Made by a program: the position numbers and the translations under genes
From: Gemmatimonadaceae bacterium
GTDB taxonomy: Bacteria > Gemmatimonadota > Gemmatimonadetes > Gemmatimonadales > Gemmatimonadaceae
NCBI GenBank assembly: GCA_035646915.1
Contig: DASROK010000472.1
Coordinates: forward strand, 6,600-70,599
Reading direction: 5' to 3'
DNA: 64,000 nt
Notes under the pieces: model-generated
What the model was told of the DNA's origin: nothing
What the model saw: the letters and a program-made list of their open reading frames with translations, nothing else
The model's database searches: none
Part shown: positions 38,206 to 47,793 of the stretch, piece after piece
How the letters are laid out: each line of letters starts with the position of its first letter
Position numbering within the stretch: position 1 is the stretch's first letter

Positions 38206-39104
38206 ACGGTTTTCGCTTCTGGTCTTACCGTGGGAGTGTACTGAATCATCACGACGGCGAGACCGATCAGCATTCCCCCCATCACAGTATTCCGTGTCAC
38301 TGGCTGTTTGAGAAGCAAGAACCCAAGCATTGCGGTGAAAAACGGTTCGACTGTCGCGATGATCGATGTTCTCACCGGGCCGAGAAGGCGAAGACCGCCA
38401 ACGAGTGATGCAAAGGCAATTACTGTCGACCACAATCCGAGGAGAGCTGCATATCCCCACAGCGGCAGCGTTTGTGGGATCTGCACTTCGCCTTTCACGA
38501 TGCTCGCCATCAAGAACGCTGCGAAAGCACCAATGATCAGATAGAAGCTCGATACGAATGCGGGAATTCCTTCCTGTACCCTATGAAGTGTTGGCAGATA
38601 CATCGCGTATAGAATCGCCGTACCAAGCGCCAGCAACACGCCGAATCTGTCGAGTGAGCCGGAGCTCGGAAGTCCCACCATTACAACGATGCCCGACATT
38701 GCAACCGCAAGTGCGATGACCCGCGAGAGTGTGAGGCTTTCTCTTCCGGTGACTGCCGATATCAGCGCAACCCAGGCAGGATATGTATAGAAGAGAAATG
38801 CGAGTGGTCCGACTGGCAGATAGTTGAGTGCGTGCAGCGAAAGGAAGGTGATCGTCGATTGTGCGAGACCGCCGGTGAGTACCAGACGGAGCGCGTCCTT
38901 TCGCGCTATTATCAGTTGTCGCTGATGTTGCAGAACGACAAGCAGAATTCCAGCGGCTATTAGATAGCGCCAGAGCATGGCGGGAAGCAGTGGGAGTCCT
39001 GATCGATTGATGAGAACCGTCAGCGTGCTCAGCGATCCAAACGCGCATGATGAGAGGATTATGAGGCCGGTGGCCTTGATGGCTGTTTCGCGATCAGCCT
39101 GCAT
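38202..39104 (-). CDS. DMT/EamA family transporter
   Basis: about 10 TM helices; LFYTYPAWV and EPFFT motifs. Confidence 0.9.
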   Translation of the reverse strand: MQADRETAIKATGLIILSSCAFGSLSTLTVLINRSGLPLLPAMLWRYLIAAGILLVVLQHQRQLIIARKDALRLVLTGGLAQSTITFLSLHALNYLPVGPLAFLFYTYPAWVALISAVTGRESLTLSRVIALAVAMSGIVVMVGLPSSGSLDRFGVLLALGTAILYAMYLPTLHRVQEGIPAFVSSFYLIIGAFAAFLMASIVKGEVQIPQTLPLWGYAALLGLWSTVIAFASLVGGLRLLGPVRTSIIATVEPFFTAMLGFLLLKQPVTRNTVMGGMLIGLAVVMIQYTPTVRPEAKTV

Positions 39105-39194
39105 GTTGGGGCGTTGTTGTGGAGAGAATGTGCAAGGACTCGGGAATGATGCGTCTTATGAAGGCGAACACTTTAACATGAAAGGATTCCAACC

Positions 39195-39908
39195 ATGCGA
39201 AAACTGATACTTCTTGCAATCATAGCTGTTTCAGCGCCAGCATCAGCGCAGCAACCTATCACTTCAGCGCCAATTCCACAAATCGTTGCAACAGCACGTG
39301 GAGAGATCAAGGTCGTTCCGGACCGTGCCAACATCCAAATCAGCGTCCAGACTCGCGGAGAAACCGCAGCCGCTGCAGCAACAGAAAACGCCCGAAAACA
39401 GAAAGCAGTCATTGACGCCCTTCGCAGCCTTGGAATCGACGCCAAGGACATCGCAACCTCTGGATACAATGTCTATCCCGAGCAGCGATATGAACCCAAC
39501 AAGGAGCCGGTTGTAGTCGGTTACAACGTGACCAACACGCTTTCTGTCGAGCTCAAGTCCATCAATATGGTAGGACCGGCCATCGATGCAGCTCTTGGGA
39601 AGGGCGCAAATATGATCAGCTCTCTTCAGTTCTATGCGTCAAACACCGACTCGGCTCGACAAGAAGCAATTGCGATGGCTGTCCGAAAAGCCCGGTCTGA
39701 CGCTGACGCGGCAGCAAAAGCCGCCGGTGGATCCATCATCGGTGTTCTTGAGATTACCGTCGGAGCTTATTACGCCCCGGTGCCTCGGCCAATGGAGCTC
39801 CGGGTGAAGGGAGCCATCGCCGCACAGGCTGCAGACACTCCTATTTCAGCCGGAGATCAGACCGTGGCAGTTGATGTCACTACCCGGTGGCAGTTCTCAG
39901 CAAAATGA
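39195..39908 (+). CDS. SIMPL-domain (DUF541) exported protein
   Basis: signal peptide; G.I.V.PD.A, DIATSGYNVYPE and PISAG patterns. Confidence 0.9.
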   Translation: MRKLILLAIIAVSAPASAQQPITSAPIPQIVATARGEIKVVPDRANIQISVQTRGETAAAAATENARKQKAVIDALRSLGIDAKDIATSGYNVYPEQRYEPNKEPVVVGYNVTNTLSVELKSINMVGPAIDAALGKGANMISSLQFYASNTDSARQEAIAMAVRKARSDADAAAKAAGGSIIGVLEITVGAYYAPVPRPMELRVKGAIAAQAADTPISAGDQTVAVDVTTRWQFSAK

Positions 39909-39963
39909 TTTTTCACGTGAAACGTTCGTCATAAGTCCCTAAGGGGGATTTTCACGTGACACG
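39909..39963. promoter_or_regulatory. parS: two parS-like centromere sites
   Basis: TTTTTCACGTGAAACG (39909-39924) and ATTTTCACGTGACACG (39948-39963) versus consensus TGTTTCACGTGAAACA; directly upstream of parAB. Confidence 0.85.
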
Positions 39964-40035
39964 CTCAAGCGAGTCGCACCTGCCCAGGAGCGACTCGCTT
40001 TCGTACATTCCCCGCTCTTAAGGAGCAAAGCACCC

Positions 40036-40818
40036 GTGGCAAGCGTGATTGCAGTAGCAAACCAGAAAGGCGGCGTCGGGAAAACAACGACCACAGTCAA
40101 TCTCGCAGCAAGCCTTGCTGCCGCTGAACAGAAAACGCTCATCATCGACGGAGACCCGCAGGGAAACGCCACCAGTGGAGTCGGTGTTCAGGGACCGGAC
40201 CTGGGTGCTACACTATATGATGTTCTCATAGGATCCTCCCAGCTCGAAGACGTCATCCATAAGAACGTGCACTTCAACCTTCTTGACGTCGTACCTGCCA
40301 CTCCCGATCTGGCTGGAGCTGAAGTGGAGTTGATCGAAACCGAGAATCGTGGTCACGCTATGCGTGAAGCGCTGCAGCCGGTCAGGGACAAATACGACTT
40401 CATCATTATCGACTGCCCGCCTTCTCTCGGACTTCTTACTCTCAACATGCTGGGTGCCGCGGATTCCGTCCTCATTCCCCTGCAATGCGAGTATTACGCA
40501 CTCGAAGGTCTATCCCAGCTGCTCAACACCGTCCATCGAATTCAGCACGGAGTGAATGCATCGCTCAATATCGCAGGGGTCCTGTTAACGATGTACGACG
40601 CGCGCCTCAACCTCTCACGTCAGGTTGCTACAGATGCCCGGGAATATTTCGGCGAGACGGTATTCGAGACCGTAATCCCACGTAATGTGCGGCTGGCTGA
40701 AGCGCCAAGTTTTGGTAAGCCAATCATGCTGTACGATGTCGCATCTGTCGGCGCTAAAGCTTATATGGGCGTAGCGCGCGAGTTGATAGCTCGAACAACG
40801 GAAGGGAAAAATGGCTGA
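40036..40818 (+). CDS. parA: chromosome partitioning ATPase ParA/Soj
   Basis: NQKGGVGKTT, DPQGNAT, DCPPSLG and IPRNVRLAEAPS motifs. Confidence 0.97.
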   Translation: MASVIAVANQKGGVGKTTTTVNLAASLAAAEQKTLIIDGDPQGNATSGVGVQGPDLGATLYDVLIGSSQLEDVIHKNVHFNLLDVVPATPDLAGAEVELIETENRGHAMREALQPVRDKYDFIIIDCPPSLGLLTLNMLGAADSVLIPLQCEYYALEGLSQLLNTVHRIQHGVNASLNIAGVLLTMYDARLNLSRQVATDAREYFGETVFETVIPRNVRLAEAPSFGKPIMLYDVASVGAKAYMGVARELIARTTEGKNG

Positions 40819-41719
40819 AAAATCGAATCGCCGACTGGGAAGAGGGCTCGACGCGTTGTTCAACTCAGCGTCGAGTGCAACCGAAACACGCGAAGATTCC
40901 GCACTCCGTGAAATTCCAATCAGGGACATTCAAAGCAATCCATTTCAGCCGCGAAAAAACTTCAAGCCTGAAGAGCTCAAGGAACTCCAGGAAAGCCTGC
41001 AGGGAAGCGGACTCCTGCAACCCGTTACAGTGCGACAATCTCCAAAAGGAAAGGGCTACGAGCTAATCGCCGGCGAGCGACGCCTGCGGGCTGCTGCTGG
41101 CTTGGGGTGGGAAAAAATTCCAGCCGTCGTGAAGAATCTGAGCGATCAGGAAATTCTCACTCTTGCTCTCGTAGAAAATCTGCAGCGAGCAGATCTCAAT
41201 CCGATCGAAGAAGCCGAAGGATACGACAAGCTCATTCGAGACTTCGGCTACACACAGCAGACAGTCGCATCGATGGTTGGGAAAGATCGTTCGACTGTTG
41301 CGAACGTTCTCAGAATTCTTCAGCTCCCGTCAGCGGTACGCACATTTATCGAAGAGGGACAGCTCACAGCAGGTCAGGCTCGTCCGCTTCTCGGCCTACT
41401 CGACGAAGCGCGTATTACGACTTTCGCTAGACTGACTGTCCAGAAAGGATGGAGCGCGCGAGAAGTGGAACAGCGCGTACGCGAGATCGGAATTACGGAT
41501 AAAGTTGGGACAAAGGCGAAACGAGGCCGCCCGACAAAAGTAGATTCCCGCCCGGCTGAAGTTCGAAATCTCGAACAGCGCCTGCGAAAGCACCTTCAGA
41601 CCGACGTGGCAATCATTCTCAAAAGTGGAAATCGCGGAACTCTGAATGTGGAATTTTATTCCCCTGATGACTTGGAAAGAGTGACAGAGCTCATGGGGTT
41701 AACAAACAATCCACAGTGA
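40811..41719 (+). CDS. parB: chromosome partitioning protein ParB/Spo0J
   Basis: LGRGLDAL, QPR, IAGERRLRA and ENLQRADL motifs, HTH. Confidence 0.97.
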   Translation: MAEKSNRRLGRGLDALFNSASSATETREDSALREIPIRDIQSNPFQPRKNFKPEELKELQESLQGSGLLQPVTVRQSPKGKGYELIAGERRLRAAAGLGWEKIPAVVKNLSDQEILTLALVENLQRADLNPIEEAEGYDKLIRDFGYTQQTVASMVGKDRSTVANVLRILQLPSAVRTFIEEGQLTAGQARPLLGLLDEARITTFARLTVQKGWSAREVEQRVREIGITDKVGTKAKRGRPTKVDSRPAEVRNLEQRLRKHLQTDVAIILKSGNRGTLNVEFYSPDDLERVTELMGLTNNPQ

Positions 41720-41770
41720 TCTCCACAAGCAGGTCAACTTCAAGTATATCAATGGCTTAACAGATAAATT

Positions 41771-42793
41771 ATGGGACTTTTGCGAGCGTTTTCCACAGTC
41801 GCCCTGGCTAGTATTGCATTCACGATAGGAGGGTGTTCCAAAGGCACGAGCGGAACCCAGGACACTACCTCCCTCAAGGTCGCGCTGCTCACCCCCGGCC
41901 CGGTATCAGACAAGTCATGGAACGGCGGGGCATACGCCGGGTTGATGGCAATACGGGATACCCTTCACGCTCAGGTCAGCCATATCCAGACTAAGACGCC
42001 TGCTGAGTTTGACGAGAATTTCAGGCAGTATGGCGCAAAAGGATTCGATCTGGTCTTTGGACATGGATTTGAATTTCAGGATGCCGCGCTTCGTGTTGCA
42101 CCTGATTTTCCAGGAACTGTATACGTAGTAACCTCAGGAACCAGCGTCGCCCAGAATGTGGCCGGCGTCGAGTTCGCCTTTGAAGAAGCGTCTTATCTCG
42201 CCGGAATTGTCGCCGGAACCATTACCAGATCCAACACACTCGGCATGATTGGAGGAACTGAGCTGCCTCCTGTGAAGCGCAGCTTCGAGGCTTTCGAACA
42301 AGGTGCGAAGTCTGTGAATCCTCGAGTGCAGGTTGTGGTCTCCTACATTGGAAACTGGGATGACGTCAGTGCAGGTAAGGAGCACGCAATCGCGCAGATC
42401 TCACGCGGCGCTGACATCATTTTCCAGAACGCAGATGCCGCTGGACTCGGCATTTTTCAAGCGGTAAAGGAAGCCAGGGACATTCGAATCATCGGATCAA
42501 ACGCAAATCAGAATGACATTGCGCCTGGGCACACCCTCGGGAGTGTTGTCATCGATTTGCCCCACGCATTTCTACTGATTGCCAGGGAAGTCGAGAAAGG
42601 TGGATTTACAGGAAAAGTCTTCCACCTTGGATTGCACGATAGTGTGGTGACCTTTGTTCCAAATCCTCGCCTTTCGAGTGCTCTTCCCGCGGGACTCATG
42701 AGCAGGGTCGACTCAGTTAGAGCAGAGATGGTGAGCGGTCGGTTTACGAAGCGAGTTCTTCCCGACTCCGCACGGCCGGCGACGACGAAATGA
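41771..42793 (+). CDS. BMP-family ABC substrate-binding lipoprotein (nucleoside type)
   Basis: lipobox IGGC; DKSWN, GHGFEF, SYLAG and GNWDD motifs. Confidence 0.92.
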   Translation: MGLLRAFSTVALASIAFTIGGCSKGTSGTQDTTSLKVALLTPGPVSDKSWNGGAYAGLMAIRDTLHAQVSHIQTKTPAEFDENFRQYGAKGFDLVFGHGFEFQDAALRVAPDFPGTVYVVTSGTSVAQNVAGVEFAFEEASYLAGIVAGTITRSNTLGMIGGTELPPVKRSFEAFEQGAKSVNPRVQVVVSYIGNWDDVSAGKEHAIAQISRGADIIFQNADAAGLGIFQAVKEARDIRIIGSNANQNDIAPGHTLGSVVIDLPHAFLLIAREVEKGGFTGKVFHLGLHDSVVTFVPNPRLSSALPAGLMSRVDSVRAEMVSGRFTKRVLPDSARPATTK

Positions 42794-43563
42794 CATCCAC
42801 ACTGGACGTCGCAGCATATCTCGATCAGCTGCTCGAAACCTCTGCCGTACCTGACTACCCAAATGCCCTTAATGGCCTGCAGCTCGGGAACAGCGGCACG
42901 ATTACCAAAGCTGCGGCTTCTGTCGATTTCTCATTGCGCGTCGTCAACCTGGCAATCGATCAGAAAGCCGACTTCCTGATCCTGCACCATGGAATGTTCT
43001 GGGGAGGCCTCCGGCCAATCACTGAATCAGCATATACCAGAATGAAGTTGCTCATCGAGAACAACGTCGCAGTGTATTCGTCACATCTGCCTCTCGACCG
43101 ACACCCGGTATTTGGTAACAATATGTTACTATGTCAGGAGCTTGGACTCAAACCATCAGGTGACTTCGCCTCGTACAAGGGAATCTCTATCGGGCTTTCC
43201 GGTGAAACCGATGTTGCAACTAGTGAGCTTTTGCAGCGATCGAAATTGTTTGCCAGAAAGCATGGCGGAGACGCCATCTCGAGTGGCTTTGCAGAGAATC
43301 GCCGGACAAAACAGTGGGCAATGTGCACGGGAGCTGGCGCGTCGTCTGAAACCCTCGAGGAAGCATATCAGCTTGGCTGTGATACTCTCATCGTCGGCGA
43401 AGGGCCACACCACACTGCAGTTCAGGCTGAAGAGCTTGGTATAGTCGTGATCTACGCTGGCCACTATGCGACCGAGACACTCGGCGTTCGCGCTCTCGCA
43501 GAACACATCGCTAAAAAGTTCGCTTTGGACTGGACTACAATTCACGCACCCACTGGTCTTTGA
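42790..43563 (+). CDS. Nif3/DUF34 dinuclear metal-centre protein
   Basis: NGLQ, HHG, HLPLD.H...GNN and AGHYATE motifs. Confidence 0.94.
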   Translation: MTSTLDVAAYLDQLLETSAVPDYPNALNGLQLGNSGTITKAAASVDFSLRVVNLAIDQKADFLILHHGMFWGGLRPITESAYTRMKLLIENNVAVYSSHLPLDRHPVFGNNMLLCQELGLKPSGDFASYKGISIGLSGETDVATSELLQRSKLFARKHGGDAISSGFAENRRTKQWAMCTGAGASSETLEEAYQLGCDTLIVGEGPHHTAVQAEELGIVVIYAGHYATETLGVRALAEHIAKKFALDWTTIHAPTGL

Positions 43564-45008
43564 GCGCAGATACTGCCCGGGACAGTGTTCTCGACCTTCA
43601 CGAGATTACGAAACAATTCGGGAGTGTCGTCGCTCTCGATAGAGTTTCTCTCAGAATACGGCGGGGTCGCATAGCGGCACTCCTTGGAGAAAACGGGGCC
43701 GGCAAGACGACACTGATGCGCATTGCATTTGGAATGATTCAGCCTGATTCAGGCTGGATGGAGGTGAATGGCAATCGCAGAAGATTTGCTTCGCCATCTG
43801 ATGCAATCGCTGCCGGGGTTGGAATGGTGCATCAGCAGTTCTCTCTCGTTCCAGTGATGACAGTCGCCGACAACGTCGCGCTTGGAGGAAGAGGAAAACT
43901 TTCGACATCGCAAATTCTTGGCACGCTGAAGAGAATCGCCCTTGAAACCGGGCTCGAGCTCGATCCATTCACCAAAGTCGAGAATCTCGGGAGCGCTGAT
44001 CGACAGAAGCTCGAAATTATCAGAACTCTTGCGCATGATGCAAAGATCATGATTCTCGACGAACCCACCGCGGTTCTCACGCCAAGGGATGTCTCTGATC
44101 TATTCAGACAGCTGAAGACTTTTGCGGCAAGTGGTGGCGCTGTTGTTCTGATAACCCACAAACTTGCCGATGCGCGAGCACACGCAGACGACGTCACAGT
44201 CCTGAGACATGGCCGGGTGGTGCTGAGCTCGCACATGAGCGCGACAACCGAGGACTCACTCGCCACAGCAATGCTGGGCAGATCATCCAGAGCAATCACA
44301 CAAGCAAAAGCACGACAACTGGATGAAGCAGCGTCCTCTGTTGCGTCTCTCGTCGCTGTGGTTCTTCCCGACAGGATTGCCCGTCCTCCGCTCAACCTCG
44401 AGATCAAGGCTGGTGAGATACTCGGAATTGCGGCGCTCGATGGATCTGCTCAGCTGTTGCTGAGGGTTCTTGCCGGTCGCACAAAACCCCGGTCGGGCCA
44501 CATTGATCTTCCATCCCGGATTGGATTTGTGCCGGAGAACCGCGCGGATGAAGCTCTCATTCCTGAGTTTTCCCTCCCTGAGAATTTGGCACTTGCAGAT
44601 GCGGGCTCACGTCATGGGCTTCTGAGCTGGGGTTCATTTCGGCAGCATACCCAGGAAATCATCGATGACTTCGACGTACGAACACCAGATACCAACGCCT
44701 TGCCGTCACAGCTTTCCGGAGGAAATCAGCAGCGATTCGTGCTGGGACGTGAACTGTACGACAAACCTCCGCTCATAATTCTCGAGAATCCCACTCAGGG
44801 CCTGGATCTGAATGCAACCGAGTTTATCCACGAAAGACTGAGAAAAGCACGCTCGGATGGAGCGGCTGTCGTGTTCTACTCGAGCGATCTGGACGAGCTG
44901 GCTGATCTATCAGATCGGGTTCTCGTGGTTTCGCGCTCGAAAGTAGAATCAGTTTCACCCGACAGAGACCAGATCGGCAGGGCTTTGCTGGGTACCAATG
45001 GGAGCTGA
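43560..45008 (+). CDS. nucleoside/sugar ABC transporter ATPase (double domain)
   Basis: GENGAGKT, GMVHQ, DEPTAVL and LSGGNQQ motifs. Confidence 0.93.
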   Translation: MSADTARDSVLDLHEITKQFGSVVALDRVSLRIRRGRIAALLGENGAGKTTLMRIAFGMIQPDSGWMEVNGNRRRFASPSDAIAAGVGMVHQQFSLVPVMTVADNVALGGRGKLSTSQILGTLKRIALETGLELDPFTKVENLGSADRQKLEIIRTLAHDAKIMILDEPTAVLTPRDVSDLFRQLKTFAASGGAVVLITHKLADARAHADDVTVLRHGRVVLSSHMSATTEDSLATAMLGRSSRAITQAKARQLDEAASSVASLVAVVLPDRIARPPLNLEIKAGEILGIAALDGSAQLLLRVLAGRTKPRSGHIDLPSRIGFVPENRADEALIPEFSLPENLALADAGSRHGLLSWGSFRQHTQEIIDDFDVRTPDTNALPSQLSGGNQQRFVLGRELYDKPPLIILENPTQGLDLNATEFIHERLRKARSDGAAVVFYSSDLDELADLSDRVLVVSRSKVESVSPDRDQIGRALLGTNGS

Positions 45009-45909
45009 GCTAGCGCTCTTTGCGGATTCACTGGTGAGATCTACTCCTCTCATCATTGCCGGTCTGGCAGTCGCGCTCGCATTTCGCGGCGGAGTTTTCA
45101 ATATCGGCGCTGAAGGTCAGCTGCTTGTTGGTGCCATTGCAGCAACAACCGTGTCTCTCGCAGGCAGCGATGCACTTGGCCGGTTCATTGTTGTTGTCTC
45201 GCTCATTTCAGCAGCACTTGCTGGAGCTGTATGGGCAGGAATTGCAGCCGAGCTTCGGCGAAGATTTCACGTGCTGGAGATCATCAGCACGATCATGCTG
45301 AACTTCATCGCAATTTATCTCGTGTCCTTTCTCGTCCGCGGGCCACTCCAGGAGTCGACGCACATATACCCGCAGACAGAATCGCTTGCTGCTTCAGCTC
45401 GACTGCCTTTGCTCATACCAGATACACGCCTTCACATGGGTTTTGCAGTCGCGGTCGCAATCGCTGCGCTGCTGTCGTGGGTATTCAGGAAAACTGCTGC
45501 AGGATTTCGCATCAGAGCCACCGGTGCTTCACCACGTGCTGCGCTCACTGCAGGCAGGATCGACATAAGCAAAACGTCATTCCTCGTTTTTCTGTTCAGT
45601 GGTGCGCTTGCTGGAATTGCCGGCGGTATTGAAGTAACTGGCGTAACCTTCGCGCTCTATGAAAACCTGTCGCCGGGATATGGCTATACCGCAATCGCCG
45701 TTGCCCTGATTGCAGGGCTCAGTCCTCTCGGCATCATTGGCTCTGGAATATTCTTCGGCGTTCTCGAGACTGGCGCAATTGCGCTTCAACGAGAGTTTGG
45801 AGTGCCTTCATCTCTCGCATCTGTCGTGGAAGCCGCCTTCATCCTCGGAGCGCTCGCACTCGCTGCAATGAAAGGTCGTCGCATCTCGGGATTCACAGCC
45901 GCACGATGA
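44998..45909 (+). CDS. nucleoside ABC transporter permease
   Basis: FNIGAEGQ and GYGYTAIAVAL motifs. Confidence 0.93.
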   Translation: MGAELALFADSLVRSTPLIIAGLAVALAFRGGVFNIGAEGQLLVGAIAATTVSLAGSDALGRFIVVVSLISAALAGAVWAGIAAELRRRFHVLEIISTIMLNFIAIYLVSFLVRGPLQESTHIYPQTESLAASARLPLLIPDTRLHMGFAVAVAIAALLSWVFRKTAAGFRIRATGASPRAALTAGRIDISKTSFLVFLFSGALAGIAGGIEVTGVTFALYENLSPGYGYTAIAVALIAGLSPLGIIGSGIFFGVLETGAIALQREFGVPSSLASVVEAAFILGALALAAMKGRRISGFTAAR

Positions 45910-46820
45910 GCGCATTCGAGACATTTCTCGAAGGAGCAGTTCGAACTGCAACTCCTCTCGGATTTGCCGCCCTTGGTGAAACTGTTGCTGAGCGATCGGG
46001 CATTATCAACATCGGACTTGAAGGAGCCATCATTGCCGGAGCATTTGGCGGATTTGTTGCCGCCGGAAGCGGCAGCATCTGGATCGGCTTTGCTGGAGCA
46101 ATGACTGCAGGAATTGCTGTCGCGCTTGTGTTTGCGTTCTTCGCAATTCAGATGCGTGCTGACCAGATTATCACAGGCACAGCGATCAGCCTCCTCTTCC
46201 TTGGACTGACCGCAACTTTGTACCAGCAGGTCTATGGTGCAACGGGTGCTGCCCTGACCATTCCAACAATGGGCTCTACCGACCTGCCGCTGTTGTCATC
46301 CATTCCCGTTTTTGGCAGAGCGTTGTTCGCACAGCCGGCAATCACCTACCTGCTCTACGCAATTATCCCGATCGTATGGTGGTGGATGTATCACACGCAC
46401 GAAGGTCTTGGCCTGAGAGCAACGGGTGAAGATCCGCGAGCTGCGGTTGCAGCGGGCGTCCATGCCCGAAGATTCCAGCTGCTTTCAGTTCTATTCGGCG
46501 GAGCAATGGGTGGGATAGCCGGTGGTGTGCTGGTGATTGCTCAAGCCGGTTCGTTTGCTGAAGGTATGTCAGCCGGACGTGGCTTCATTGCGATTGCAAT
46601 CGTCGTCCTTGGCCGCTGGCACCCCCTCGGAGTTGCTGCAGCTGCACTGATCTTTGGTGCGGCTAGTGCACTTCAGTATTTCTTTCAGGCGCTTGGCTGG
46701 CCGGTTCCTTATCAGTTGTTCCTCGCGCTGCCTTACGTCCTGACTTTGTGTGGTCTTGCAGGCATTGCAGGTAAGGCAGTTGCACCTGCGAGTCTGGGCA
46801 GATGGCCGGATCAGGTTTGA
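45906..46820 (+). CDS. nucleoside ABC transporter permease
   Basis: ERSGIINIGLEG, GRGFIA and LPY motifs. Confidence 0.93.
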   Translation: MSAFETFLEGAVRTATPLGFAALGETVAERSGIINIGLEGAIIAGAFGGFVAAGSGSIWIGFAGAMTAGIAVALVFAFFAIQMRADQIITGTAISLLFLGLTATLYQQVYGATGAALTIPTMGSTDLPLLSSIPVFGRALFAQPAITYLLYAIIPIVWWWMYHTHEGLGLRATGEDPRAAVAAGVHARRFQLLSVLFGGAMGGIAGGVLVIAQAGSFAEGMSAGRGFIAIAIVVLGRWHPLGVAAAALIFGAASALQYFFQALGWPVPYQLFLALPYVLTLCGLAGIAGKAVAPASLGRWPDQV

Positions 46821-46824
46821 TGCA

Positions 46825-47748
46825 CTAACAGCCTGTATACGCGCTCCTCCATGTGACCTTCCAATTGTTGTTCGACATTCGCTCGATTAGCACAGCTCGA
46901 TTCCCATTTTCATATCCAAAAGAAACCACCAGTGCAGTTCGCTTATTCCTGACGAACTGAATCGCCGCAAGAACGTCACTCGTTCGAACAGCTTCTTCTG
47001 ATCCAGCCGCTCTACTGTGAAACACAGTTACGTAGTGTGCGCGGTCTGTCGGGTTTGGCTCTGCGATGAGCAAGAGATGTTCTTCTCTCGGATTAGCCTC
47101 TTCGTTGATCTTCCTCACGATGTCCCCGATGAGAATGTTCTGTTTTGTTCGATATGCTTTTCTTACTGAGAACGGGAGACCCTGAAAAGCCGGGTCGTTG
47201 GATGCAGGCAGTGCAGAAGCAAGACGTGCAAGCTCTGTCGTAATGAGAACAGAATCTGCTGATGCTGCTCCTTCCAGCGAATCGAGCGGAATCGAAGCAG
47301 CGATACCTGCCTTGAATCCAACCTGCCATGCTTTTGTAATTGGATCCCGCAGAGAAAGCACCGGCCACGCAAGACAGCCCTCCGCCGGTGCAGACTGTCC
47401 TCGTGATGAAAGCTGTGCGACGCCTGCGGGACCTGAGCGGTCAAACAGGTCGACCGTTGTTCCGAGAAGCGAGTCTCCACTGACGGTCGAATCACGCGAA
47501 AGCATGCTGTCATTCATCATGGGCAGCACGATCGATACTGCCGCACTGTTATCCGTAACTGGAAGTACAAGCGCAGGACCGGAGATAGTATCCTGCCACC
47601 CCGTGTTTACGGACGTTACGGCTGGCTGATTGGCCGCGGCAGGCAAGACTGTCGTGGTATCGGCAGCGGGCTTTTTGTCGGTGCTGCATGCTCCGATGAC
47701 ACCGGTCAACAGGACAGCTGTTATCGAGCGCGCGAAATGTGGGGACAT
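46825..47748 (-). CDS. hypothetical lipoprotein
   Basis: lipobox IGAC after ATG 47748; second internal Cys and a C-terminal Cys. Confidence 0.75.
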   Translation of the reverse strand: MSPHFARSITAVLLTGVIGACSTDKKPAADTTTVLPAAANQPAVTSVNTGWQDTISGPALVLPVTDNSAAVSIVLPMMNDSMLSRDSTVSGDSLLGTTVDLFDRSGPAGVAQLSSRGQSAPAEGCLAWPVLSLRDPITKAWQVGFKAGIAASIPLDSLEGAASADSVLITTELARLASALPASNDPAFQGLPFSVRKAYRTKQNILIGDIVRKINEEANPREEHLLLIAEPNPTDRAHYVTVFHSRAAGSEEAVRTSDVLAAIQFVRNKRTALVVSFGYENGNRAVLIERMSNNNWKVTWRSAYTGC

Positions 47749-47793
47749 GGTGATAATTTGTAGCCCCTCGAGCCATCTAGGAATCACATCGGG

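Noticed and set aside
43560-45008. Degenerate second Walker A in the ABC ATPase
   Set aside because: Typical of double-domain sugar/nucleoside ATPases.
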